Shown here in pieces: positions 21,548 to 37,645 of a DNA stretch of 64,000 bases. How positions within the stretch are numbered: position 1 is the first letter of the stretch; every line of letters starts with the position of its first letter. Source of the stretch: the human T2T-CHM13v2.0 reference genome, Homo sapiens. Location: assembly GCF_009914755.1 (NCBI RefSeq), contig NC_060941.1, one strand, 5' to 3'. Position numbers and translations under genes: made by a program. Below the pieces are notes generated by a model. The model was given only the letters and a program-made list of their open reading frames with translations. It searched no databases and was not told the DNA's origin.

Positions 21548-21684
21548 CTCCTTTGCAACATCTTCTGATATTCTACCCTCATTAGGAATCCCCTACAGAC
21601 AGCTTGTGTTCTTGTTATAATTTGGGCTAATTTTTCATCTCTCATTTCTTCCAGAAGACCCAGAAGTCCAGCTTTGAAGAAAAC
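21548..21684 (-). CDS. MYH8: MYH8 exon 21 (lever arm, IQ region)
   Basis: [23 protein letters not shown]...LQRR, 137 nt. Confidence 0.95.
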
Positions 21685-21745
21685 CTGGAGAAAGAGAGAG
21701 TCACAAATCATCTCCATACTGCAGGAGATGCAGAAATGGCAGAAG
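21655..21745 (+). ncRNA. MYHAS: Predicted antisense exon (91 nt), probably of lncRNA MYHAS
   Basis: CTAAT branch site at 21627-21631, pyrimidine tract and CAG ending at 21654, donor AAG|GTACTT at 21745/21746. Attribution to MYHAS is from recall of an antisense lncRNA spanning the cluster. Confidence 0.65.
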
Positions 21746-21780
21746 GTACTTGGATCAGGTGTAAATAAATAACGATATAC

Positions 21781-21904
21781 CTTGGTATGTCCAAATTTAT
21801 ATTGAGTATGATCAATATCAATAGATGCAAGAAGTTTCTCAGAAGCCTTCTTGCTGTCAATGAACTGTCCCTCTGGAATAGCACTTGCATTTAAAACCTT
21901 GTAT
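21781..21904 (-). CDS. MYH8: MYH8 exon 20 (converter)
   Basis: YKVLNASA...GHTK, 124 nt. Confidence 0.95.
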
Positions 21905-22171
21905 CTGCTCAGTTAAAGAAAGAAAGAATGGTTAGGAAAATGTGACCACATGCCAACAAAATGACACCAAAAAGAAATATCAACAAACATCTGAGAGTAG
22001 AAATAAAAGTGGAAAATCCAACTGCCGTTTAAGGACAGATAGTAAAACAATATGATTTTCTGTTGCATGCCTGCTTCCTGTTATCCTTCTAACCTGTTGT
22101 ATTATCCTACCACCACAAGACTATATTATTCGACTTCTTAATTTTTTAATACATACTAATTCACAGTGTTA

Positions 22172-22348
<177 letters not shown>

Positions 22349-22378
22349 TTAACTTTCAAACCTGTGCCCGTTTGATTA

Positions 22379-22486
<108 letters not shown>

Positions 22487-23065
22487 CTAGAAAACCAGAC
22501 AGAAAGGACTTGATGAAAAAGTTCTATTTCAGGTTGTTTTTTGTAATTATATGGAATGAACCTAGACAGTCCTTTAACTACTAGGCATGCATCTGTGAGG
22601 CTTCAATTGCTCTGTATTTTGAGGGTCTCAAGAGTTCTAGCCTGCCAAATAACAAAAAGGCCAAAGTGGTTGGAAGGAATGCACATCTCCAAGGTATTCC
22701 TTTGTAACACCAGGGATCTGTCTCATAAACAAATTGCAATTCAGTAACCTTGTGATGTACAAGGAAGGGTTCTCAACCGAGAATCACAAGACAAAACATG
22801 ATGGCTTTGCTATGCCACTAATGAACTGCCTGACTGTATAAAATCCATTTTTTCTCTGGGCATTATCTGAGAATAGTTGAGATTGTTTGTGAGGTCTCTT
22901 TCATCTCTCTCAGTGCTAATAATTTTCACAGTAGCAGTTTACAGTGGTAACCTAAGTTAGCAATTGTCCTAACTTTTGCCTTTCCTTCCTTGAGTGTAAT
23001 ATTTCCTGGGACCTCTTACCCTCTTGTTTTCTTTTGATTTTTGAAGAGTCTAAAATTGTGAAACT

Positions 23066-23378
23066 GGCCAGGCATGGTGGCTCACGCCTGTAATCCCAGC
23101 ACCTTAGGAGGCCAAAGCGGGCGGATCATGAGGTCAGGAGTTCGAGACCAGCCTGGGCAACGTAGTGAAACCCCATCTCTACTAAAAATACAAAAATTAG
23201 CCAGGTCTGGTGACGGGTGCCTGTAATACCAGCTACTTGGGAGGCTGAGGCAGGAGAATTACCTGATACCAGGAGGCAGAGTTTGCAGTGAGCTGAGATT
23301 GTGTCACTGCACTACAGCCTGGGTGACAGAGCAAGACTCTGTCTCGAAAAAAAAATAAATAAATAAAATAAAATAAAA
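23066..23378 (+). mobile_element. Alu (AluS-like)
   Basis: TSD taaaatt(g/a)tgaaact. Confidence 0.92.
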
Positions 23379-23441
23379 TTATGAAACTATATAACCTTGG
23401 GTTGGTGGGTGTTGGGTACCTGAGACTAGATATACTCTTAA

Positions 23442-23745
<304 letters not shown>

Positions 23746-24552
23746 AAGAAGGCAGATTTTTTTTCCCACAGCTCAGTTAACCATTAGGAAATGAAGAAAA
23801 TAAGTAATGTGAGTTCCTAATTTTGAAAACATGTATGAAAACAAGTTGATAAAACAAAAGTCTATTTGGTAAGATAATGCAAATTGGTTGTGAGAAAGAA
23901 AAAGAACAAGAGTAGTTTTCTTGTTTAGATCATAGGTCGTATGTCGTGTCTGTATTTTAGTTTTATAAGGAATGAGACTTAGCCATACACATTTTGATTA
24001 AAAAGCCATTATTAGTCCATATATAAGAACAAGTTTTTAAGCTACATAGGAAAATCACATTACTTTGTAGTGAAATTATTATTCTTTAATCTCAAGAGAT
24101 ATTTCGTATCTTAATGATCCATTTAAGTCACTGGGCTTGGCTTTAGATGATTTTCAGCTGTAATGAAAAATTAAATTCACCTCAGAGGACAAAGATATGT
24201 TTTGGTGAAAGATGTTATGAAGAGTGTATCTGAGGCTCATTCTCAAAGAGGAACTCAGGAACATTTTCAAAGGGCAGCATTCAAAGCGGAATAAGAATAT
24301 GACCTTCCACAGGGACAGCTTTGAAGTTTAGCTATACTTCTTTAGAAATCAGCCTCATTATATAATGAGAAAGTTTCTAAGGGCATTTTGGCAATCCTGA
24401 ATACATTAGATAATCGTAATAAGGAATAATGGGTAAAGCATCCGTTCCTACAGGAGTAGTATTTCTTTGGCTATACTCTGACGAGAGCTGATATTTGAAG
24501 TGATTCCTATTAACATTTTATTGCCTCATAATTTTTTCTAAATCCTTAATTA

Positions 24553-24717
<165 letters not shown>

Positions 24718-24759
24718 TTATATGAACATGTATTATAACATTATGTGAGAATGGATTTA

Positions 24760-25101
<342 letters not shown>

Positions 25102-25485
25102 TCAGAAAAGTAACATTGGTGTCAACCTAACTTCTCTCAAAAGATAGAGACATGGTGGCTGTCATTTGATTGAATTATGAGCACCCCAATTAAATATATG
25201 TATGAAATAAACCAGGGTCACAGCTCGAAGAAGTCCCTTGTTATCACTAGAATGACTTTTCCACTATTCTTCTCACATTCAATCTGTAGCATTACTTTCA
25301 ATTAAAAGAATAGCTGGATACAAACTTCCTCAACACCGCATGTTAAAATGTTATGTATTATTATACTTTTTTCCTATTCAGTGAATAAATCTATTGTCAG
25401 AGTTTTTCTTCGTTATGAAAATAGCTTACTGACTTATGATGTTGACTCTATGCAGTAATTAAACAGTATAAACAACCAAATTTTA

Positions 25486-25836
<351 letters not shown>

Positions 25837-26229
25837 TAGATTATGAAGTAGCGTATGCAGTTTGACTTCTTGACTTTGAACAGATTAGCTTTCATGAAAG
25901 CACTAACTGTGTCATGTGTGCATTAATTTTTATATAGAAAAATATTTTTATTGTGGACATCATGGATCATAATGGAGATAGATCAAGAACTAATGAGGAC
26001 AGTAGTTGTAGTAAAGCAGAACATCTCAAATAGAGTTTTCAGTGCTGTGTTAAAGTTGGATTTGATCCAGTGTCAGAATAAGAATGGTTAGAACAGAATA
26101 AAAGTAAACACTGTCAGATCTTTCTTATGTAGAAGTTAAAAAGAGGAAGTAATTTCTAAATAGTAATTTTCCAGTTTGTTCAGATCACAAACCATTTGAG
26201 ATTACAGTAATACTTTCTAGAATTGCTTA

Positions 26230-26454
<225 letters not shown>

Positions 26455-26601
26455 CTACACAAAATAATAGAGATTTCCAACATCAAATGAGTTTTATAGT
26501 AGTAAAATTCATTACTGAAAAAATTCTTTTATTGAAAAAATGTGGAATGTAGTAATGAGATACAATTAAAACTAACGTTGCTCCTTCAAAAAATGATCAT
26601 T

Positions 26602-26906
<305 letters not shown>

Positions 26907-27875
26907 TCACGTGAGCCTTTCTCATGAATCCCAGGCATTGTTGAGGGTCCCAGATATCAATGTTAGAACAAGAGTTCTGGTAGAATTTACCTTTTCTCCT
27001 CTAAGATTGCATGGGCAAGAATATACTTTAAAAGTTCAACCATGGTCCTGTGTTATGGTTTCGATTCAAAGGTAAAAGGGAAAGGAGTTGATTGGAAATT
27101 CTCACTTCTTTCACCACTCCCACTCTCCAATTCAAAATAAAGTTCACATTTTCACCTTTGGCTGTTACATTATTAAGGAAAGCTGATCTTAAGACCTTTA
27201 ATATAAAGGTCTTGGTGTATAAAGTGAAATCATTAGGGTAATTTCTCTTCTATTTATATCAGACATTTAGCAAATCCCCCTCGTCAGGTGTGTGAAAGCA
27301 GGGACCTGATATAGTATAGCAGTTGAAGATCTAAAAGGTCTTTGTAATAATTTACTCCTTTATTTTATAGATGGTGAACTGATGCCCTGGAGGTAAAATA
27401 GTTTATGTAAGACAAATCTGGAAGAGGAGAGACAGACTATCATCTGTCTCTAGGCTTCTACCTTTGGGCCTTTTCTTCTCTATGAAGAAGCCTTGTGTAT
27501 GGATCAAATGCTGTAGATCTGGGTTGCTGTCCTGGATTTGTCTTATGCACCTGTGGGATCTTTAGCTAGTGTTTTGATTTCCCTGCATCTTAGTTTCTTC
27601 TATATAAGTTGGGGGAATATTAGCTACTCCTTGGGTTGTTTTGAAGATTAAATATGGTAACGTTTTGAAGTCCCTAGTGTACACTGCTGGCCCAGTGAGC
27701 GTTAGCTATTATTAGTAGTACATTATGTTACCTCCTATTTTGGAGATAACCTTTGTTCTAGGTGCAGTGTTGGAGCAAGTAATATGGACGCTATAAATGT
27801 GGATGAATAATGATAATACCTAATATATCAAAGCCCACAATTGCCTCCTTCTTAATTCTTGTTAATATAACTCAC

Positions 27876-28025
27876 ATCAAAGATTTCAAAGCCAGCAATG
27901 TCCAAGACCCCGATGAAGTACTGCCTGGGCTGCTTGGTGTCCAGCTGCTGGTTGATGCGGGTGACCATCCACAGGAACATCTTCTCGTAGACGGCTTTGG
28001 CCAGAGCACCCACCGCATTGTACAC
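27876..28025 (-). CDS. MYH8: MYH8 exon 14 (switch II)
   Basis: VYNAVGAL...DIAGFEIFD, 150 nt. Confidence 0.96.
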
Positions 28026-28106
28026 CTTCACAGATAGAGTAATGTTTGTTGGTATTGTTAAAGACATGCCATGAAGGCCTGAGATGTGTGTGATTCATTG
28101 AGGTCA

Positions 28107-28283
<177 letters not shown>

Positions 28284-29399
28284 TTACCTAATCTTTCCAT
28301 TTTTCTCCAATTCAATCTATTATTTAAATAAAAAGCTTAAATAATTCTATAAAAGGCCAAATGAGGTTTTCTAACCTTAGAGCATGTGGTTGCCAGTAAA
28401 TGGTTGATTGGTTATACTGATCTTTAGTGATTTATTTCAAGTAGTTTTTAAGAAATTTTTCATTAACCGTAAACATATGTAGTATTTATTGCCGTCTTGC
28501 AGTTTTTTGTAAGTAAAAGCCATAGTCCCTGTTTTTAAGACACATTAGGTGTAGTTGGAAGGATAAGATAAATATTCACTGTTAGAGAGGGTAAAAGTCA
28601 GAATATTTTGATTCTTATCTTAGTTTTTCACCTCCCTATTAAACCTTGCTGGATTAATTTCTTTATCTACAAATGTGGAGATTAAAATTTACTGCATGAT
28701 CCCTACAGAATCCCTTTCTAAAATTCTGTCGGTGACTATAACGTAAATAAATGCCACATGTCAGGTACACCAGTAACTGCTGAAACATTTAGAGGAGGAA
28801 GAAAGAATGTCAATTCGAGGTGGTCAGGAAAGGCTTTAAGGAGCGATAACTGTCTTTCTGGGGTAGATCCTGTATATTGCGTGCTCTTTCCATACGTAGA
28901 ATATATGATCTTTTTTCTCAATTCCTTTTTTTAACTCTTACTTGCTGCCTATATTGTCTATGGATTTATATACAGACAATACACACTTGCTTACAGATGA
29001 CTCTAGGGGTATCTTTCTCCCCAGCCCTGTATTTGGGCAGATTCTCTGCTGTCAGTTCCTAGGGTCTTCCTATCTAGTGCTGAAATAGAGCAGTCTACAG
29101 TTATCTACATATACCCACCTTCGTTGCCAAGGCCAACCAGGAGCACTATTATATCTCATTCTATCTCATAGTTTGTGCTTATAAGTGGCTATTGGGGTTT
29201 GTTTGTGACTTATTTGGGCTGGATGGAAATGATGGAGACATGGAGATGTAAGGAAGAGAGGGGGTGAGGAAAGCATGCAGTGTGTGTAAATGTGTATATG
29301 CCCTTCACAAGTCACAAGTCCAGCCACAAAGGAGATGTGAGTGTAAAATAGGATTTTTTTTTTTGCTACATTCTCTCATTAAACCCAGATAAAGTTTCA

Positions 29400-29546
<147 letters not shown>

Positions 29547-29682
29547 CTACCAGGAAAAATGAGAGGACAAAAGTTAGGGCTGAAGAGACTAACTTATAAG
29601 AGAATTTATACATATCCTAAGGTAACCACACCTACAGTAGTTTGCTATTGTCATTTCCATACATAATGGATTTTTAAAATTA

Positions 29683-29829
<147 letters not shown>

Positions 29830-29859
29830 TTACATTAGACATTGTTAATAAAAATATTA

Positions 29860-30027
<168 letters not shown>

Positions 30028-30616
30028 TCAGTGCTTCTGAGATAGTAAATGAACCTCACGTCTTTGGTCAAATTTGGAGCATTACATTTGGCTCCAATGA
30101 GATTTCAACTTGATGACCAATTGCAGATGGACAGTGATTCTCACTGTCTAAGGGCAGCAACTGAAGCATACCTGCTCTAGGACAAATATATTTTTCACAT
30201 GAAGGATCCATGACCTCTGTATTTTAGTTGATCCCTAATATCCCCTCCTTCTTTGGATCACCTAGGATTCACTCTGGGTGGTGAGGGCCTACCTTGGAAA
30301 CATCTACCAAAACTCAGATCAGGAGCAAACCACAGAGATGTATTGGAAACCCATAAGTAGCCCAGTTTTTGTCCTGGAAAAAAATCATAGTTGCTTCTGA
30401 GGCAGGAATTTCTCTAGGATGTGTTACAGAATCATCAAGTCTGAGATTGAGATAAAGGGAGCACTCAGTGGATTATGGGTAAGCCTAGCATTAGCTTACA
30501 GGCAGTACTGGCAGCAGACTACCCTTTTAACAGGCTTCATGCACAGCAAGGGTGGCAAAATATCCCTGCAAATGAAATCACTTGTCTCTCTGTTTTGATT
30601 TTCAATGGTCCTGTTA

Positions 30617-30911
<295 letters not shown>

Positions 30912-30914
30912 TCA

Positions 30915-31100
<186 letters not shown>

Positions 31101-31186
31101 TCAGAGAAGAGATCAGAGAACTATGGCCTGCATTGTCAACATCTAAGACAATCCTTGCAAATCAGAGAAGAAAAAAAATCACATAC

Positions 31187-31214
31187 GTGATCAGGATGGA
31201 CTGATTCTCTCGAT
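31187..31214 (-). CDS. MYH8: MYH8 exon 6
   Basis: DRENQSILIT, 28 nt. Confidence 0.94.
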
Positions 31215-31419
31215 CTGTGAAAGAATTCAAAATCATCCGTTAAAAAATGCATATTTAATATGAAGAGTATTGAATCAGTTCAGATCAAACACAGCTTGTT
31301 CTTTTTAACTTTTTGAAGATGTCACCTTTGGTTTTGGTTTTGTGTTTATCCTCCAAAATAGCCAATTGCTTCTCAGTGTAAAATTTGTGAAAATGAAAGC
31401 AAAGAATCATCTCTTCCTT

Positions 31420-32170
31420 TTTGTATTTATTAATTTTTAATTGCGATGAGATACACATAACATAAAATTTACCATCTTAACCATTTTTAAGTGTAGAGAT
31501 CACTGGCAGTAAGTACATTCATAAAGTTGTAAAATCATCATCACCCTTCATCTCCGTAATTCTTTTCACCTTGTCAAACTGAAACTCTGTGTCCCTTAAA
31601 CTCTTAACTCCCCATCTCCTACTCCTCCCATTCCCTGGCGCCCACCATTCTACTTTCTGCCTCTGTGAATTTGACTACTCTAGGTACCTCATGTAAGAGG
31701 AATCATAGAGTATTTGTCTTTTTTGTGACTGGCTTATTTCACTCAGCATGGTGTCCTCAAGGTTCATTCATATTTTAGCATATGTCAGAGTTTCCTTCCT
31801 TTTAAAGGCAGGATATCTTATTGCATGTATATACCACATTTTGCTTATCCATTCATCTGTTGATGGACACTTGGGTTGCTTCCATGTTTTTGCTATTGTA
31901 AATAATGCTGCTATTAACATAGTTGTACAAATGTCTCTTCCAGACCCTGCTTCCAGTTCTTTTGGGGATATACTCAGAAGTAGAATTGTGGGATCATACT
32001 GTAATTCTATTTCTAATTTGTTGAGGAACTACCATACTGTTTCCACAGTGGCTGATCATTTTACATGATCACTAACAGTGTACAAGAGTTCTAATTTCTC
32101 CAGTTCTTGTCAAAACTTGTTATTTTCTGATTTTTTGATAGTAAACATCCTAACGAGTGTAAGGTACATA
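31420..32170 (-). mobile_element. L1M 3' end
   Basis: ctggcttatttcactcagcat and ccattcatctgttgatggacacttggg motifs. Confidence 0.85.
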
Positions 32171-34145
32171 TTTGATTAATTTTTAAAACATTTATTATGG
32201 AAAATTCAAACATATACAGAAGTAGAGACAATAATATAATGAATCCCCATGTGCCCATCATACAGATGCAATGGTTATTAATATTTGGCCAATTTTATAT
32301 CATCTATACCTCATCCCAATCTCACTGAATTATTTTAAAGAAAATCCCAGAATCTTGTAATTGTATTTATAAATACTTCAATTAGAATTACAGAATTTTG
32401 AAGGCATAAAAGATCTTAGAAATTGCTTAGGCCAACTCTTACATTTAAGGGATAAAGAAACTGAGACCTGTAAAGGAGGAAGTGACTTTTCTAATATTAA
32501 GTACATAGCTAGTTAAGGTCAAATATATCCTCCTGGCCTCTTCCCAGCTTTTGATGTCACTAATTTGACTTCTGGCAATACTAAATAAGGAAGGGGTCTG
32601 GAATTGTGAATATTTGTGTTCATCTGTTTTATTTTCCTTTTAATCTTATATGCATTTCTAAATAATAAAAACAAATGTCACTAATTATGTGACTGATATG
32701 TTGTATTTACATCAATTTGCTGATTTGTTAAATCTCTAATTCTATAGTGTTAGATTATAGATTTTAGAGAATTCTAAAACCTAAAAATCTATTCAGGGAA
32801 AATAGATATAAATCTGGATGTTATTTAGATGTAGATATAGACATAGACTTTAGAAAACTTTAGCCTTCTCTTCAGGGAAGTCGATGCAGATTTTGCATCC
32901 TATTCAGATAGATTTGTTTTCTAGTATAAGTAAAACCGTGGAAGATTATATCACATCTAGTGGAAGCACAGATGAGAAAACAATGTTCTGGTCTCTTGGC
33001 AATGCTAAAATAACACTCACCAGCTCAAAGGCTAGAGCTCTGTACCATTTTGTACAAAAATCATGTTTGGGAGCCATAAGTAACCTTGAATTTGGAGCAG
33101 CCCCAAACCCTGGGGAGCGGGGGGCTTGCTGAGTGGGAGGACAGGGGTGGTGTACATAGCTGTGTAAATGCAGCTGTTGAGTATTAAAACCTCTGAAATG
33201 AGCCAGCGTTTGGATAATTTCTGGGAGGTAGTTAGCTTCTGTTGACAATCAAAGAACAGTTTACTGGCATAGAATCCTTGTAGAATTGATGGCCAATTTG
33301 TAATGGGAGATTCCTATTTTATTCCTTCCTCTTTATTCTCCCCCTCGAAAAGACAATTTAAAAACAAGTGCAAAAAAACAAACCAAAAAGAAAGAAAAAA
33401 CACCTTAGTTTCCAAAATTCCATGGAACAACAGGAAACTCAGGAATAGAAAGTATTTCCAAAGGCAGTGCATTTGGTGTGTGAAGATAAAAGGTTTTAAT
33501 GCTGTATTTGGGCCTATAATGCGTATCAAAGCTGGTTGTTTATGCCTTGATAAGGCAGGAGTAACAGACTTTGATACAATTTAAACATTTTTCTCAGAAA
33601 AGATTTTTTCCTTTCATTGTAATAGGAAAGTGCTTCAAATCTTTGGGAGGAAAATCATAGCTTTCTTTACTCATGTTTTACCCTTAAAGGCTGGCAATAT
33701 TAGCTGTGTCATTCAAAAATAAACATAAGAATTCACAAAGTTTTCCAGCTGTGGCTGATAACTCTTTTCGTTGACTGCTGTGAGCCTGGGTATTTTTAAA
33801 AAGTCTGTTTGAACACTTTTTTCTATCCAAATTGGAAAGTAACAAAATATGGAAAACAATAAATATGTTTACAGTGGTCTAGTAATTGTTTCAGCTAGGC
33901 TTCCACTTAACTATCTGTGTTAGCTTGGGAAGGACAGTGAATTCAGTGAGCTTCACTTTACTCATCTGTAAAATGGAGGTAGCTGCTGGGAAGAGCATAA
34001 GATGTCACAGCTGTGAAAGTTTTTTGAAAACAGTGAAGCCCCATGTGGCTAGAATGTATTATCATAACATAAAGAGGCTCGGAAGAGGTCTGTCTGTTCT
34101 GCAAAGATTCTATTTACACATTTCTGTAAATAGATGCCTCACTCA

Positions 34146-34891
<746 letters not shown>

Positions 34892-35463
34892 TAGGGTTTA
34901 TGTTTGCCTGTATATTTTGGTACAAAACTATAATCACACATACTTCTCATTATATTATTTAATGTCCTCTTAAAAAAGGCATGAAATATATTCATTTCAG
35001 AGTTTAATGTTAAGAAAACCTGTTTCCTATGATGAGCTAGGACACTATCTTTTTAAAAGATTTTTTCCTCCCACATTCTCTTATCCCAGATTTATCAGTT
35101 TATATCCTTTTTTTCTTATTTTAGTAGGCTAAATTTTTATTTTTTTCTTTCATTCATTAAGAAACTTCATGTTTTTGGAAGTAATGGGGATATTAATACA
35201 TTATTTAAATAAGTAAATATTTAACTTCTGATAGGAGGAGCTTGTTTTCATTTCCCTCAAGTTTGGACATTCAGACTAGGAAGTGGGGAATTGAAGGGAA
35301 ATGGTGAAGGCCATACATAGTGGGGTGAGGTCCTGTGCGAAGTTGGGAAGGGAAGACATGAAGGTACTGCTGTGAATTTCTTTTGCCTTCCACATCTAAT
35401 GTCTCAACACTGACTAGAAGGGTGTTTGCATTGGCAACAGGCTTGGAGATTCCCAGTAAGTTA

Positions 35464-35742
<279 letters not shown>

Positions 35743-37168
35743 TTATTTAGCAAAGGATTCTGCCTAGGGAGGAGAGAAACGGGAGAGAGAGATATAAAAA
35801 GCAGAAGTCACAAATGTGAGTTAGGATTTGAAATGAAAGAAATGTTGAACATAGCCTGTGCTGTAACTATTCCTCCAAACTGGCACTCCCCAGTGTTCTA
35901 ACATAGTCTAAAGGACAAGTATGGAGTGAGACTGTAATTTGAGATTTCATTTTTAGGACTGTGAATTTCCTTTTCAGATCACATATCTTGATCCTCAGGG
36001 ATAGGGTACCTACAATTGAATTAGAATGAAACCTCTACAGCTAAAACTATTGATGGATTGTTTTATAGCAACTGTCATTATTTAATTTCCTCTCCTCTTT
36101 CTGCATAATGTTTGTCTATGCCATATGCCAGGACAATCATATGGTGAGAAAAGAAAGTTTGTCTTGTTCAAATGAAGGTTCATATTTTCAAAGCTATCAA
36201 AAAATCTTTGCCTTTTAAGATGGCCATTTTCTCTCATAAAGCAAATAATTATTTTTAACATCTTTATGTTGATATTTGGTGTTGTATCTCTCAGTGGATT
36301 GTTAGAAGAACATAATACATTCTAATACTCTGGATTTTTTGTAATTTGGGTTGTTCCCAACAGACTTAGCATTGCCTTGATTCCAAAATCTTTTTTGACA
36401 TGAGAGATTTCAGCTGTCAGTTAACAGATCTAACCACAGAGGAATGAGAGCTTCAGCACAAAGGCCCTTCTTCCCACATAAATTCCATGGGTTTCTTTTC
36501 TTTCCACCCAGAAAACAGAGAAAAAAGTTTTAAGAGTACATCACATGCATGTAAGCCATTGTCTTCTGATTAATAGATAGGCCTCTGCAATGTGGACATG
36601 TTAGATTGGTTGAGTTTTTCCTTTATTTTCAATTAGAAAGTTACTTAGGGAAGGGCAGGATTCCTCTTAAATTAGTCATGGTATTTAACACCCGGTGGAT
36701 GTAATACTTGCGACCTGTTAAGTAAATAATAATAAGTCTTTCTAACAACAAATAACAAATAATCAAAGGTAGCTAAAATATTTATATTTATATTTCTAGG
36801 TAAAAATCTTTCTGGAGTCTTTAAAATTGTCTATAAAATGTCCTAAGTCCTCAATGCTTTGCCATAGAAGAAGACTGGCATGGACTAGTCTATTGCCACT
36901 GGACAGTTCTAAGCACAGCTGAGAACTCACTGTCGAAGCTAATTCTGTCCTAAACGGTCTTTGAATCTTGGAACCCAAATGAGGATAGTCTCTGAGAAGA
37001 AGACATTTTGAAAAAGTTATTTTCTAGCATTTATAAACACTCACTCGGAAACACTCTTTCCTGATATAACTGCAAAAACATGGAAATGGTGTATAATTCA
37101 GGATTGTTCACAGCTTCATTAGACTATATCCCCTCTGTCATCAATAAATTAATAAAGCCAAGTCTTAC

Positions 37169-37212
37169 TTCTGGAGTTCCAGATAAAAATGCAGGTTCAG
37201 AAGTGTTCCACT
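37169..37212 (-). other. MYH8: MYH8 exon 2 (5' UTR, 44 nt)
   Basis: Acceptor ttttacag|AGTGG and donor CAGAA|gtaaga. Confidence 0.8.
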
Positions 37213-37435
37213 CTGTAAAACAACAAGCTTCTTATTAGTGATGCTCCGAAATTCCAATATTATAGTTACAGAATTGTTATTATAGTTACAGAATTGAAGT
37301 TTCCCTACCCCAAAGCTTGGTTCTATGAAGACAAAAGTTAAGATTGAGAGAGCAGTTTAATGCTCACAGATAACTACGAGGTCAGCTCTTTTCCCCACCT
37401 GGGGTTTTTCGAGTTCCAAGGCCTTCATCACTTAC

Positions 37436-37457
37436 CTCTGGGTTCTTGGTGGAAATA
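37436..37457 (-). other. MYH8: MYH8 exon 1 (5' UTR, very short; TSS approximate)
   Basis: Starts about 25 nt downstream of the TATA box and ends at a strong donor CAGAG|GTAAGT. Confidence 0.75.
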
Positions 37458-37477
37458 AGGCACAAGGGGCAGTCCTG

Positions 37478-37487
37478 CTTATATAGG
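37478..37487 (-). promoter_or_regulatory. MYH8 TATA box (CCTATATAAG)
   Basis: TATATAA at 37479-37485 just upstream of exon 1. Confidence 0.85.
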
Positions 37488-37534
37488 AACTAATGTGCTG
37501 ATGCTGCAACTACCTCCTCTTTGTTAGGGCAAGA

Positions 37535-37645
37535 CATTTGGCAACATGAACCCTCAGCATAGTTTGTAGTGACATTTGTCATGTTTGGATATAATTAGAA
37601 GTATTCATATCATTTTGTGTATGCAAACCAATCTCCTATAAATAA
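37535..37645. promoter_or_regulatory. MYH8 proximal promoter motifs: E-boxes, octamer-like site, MEF2 site
   Basis: CATTTG at 37535-37540 and 37573-37578; ATGCAAAC at 37621-37628; CTATAAATAA (fits YTAWWWWTAR) at 37636-37645. Confidence 0.6.
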
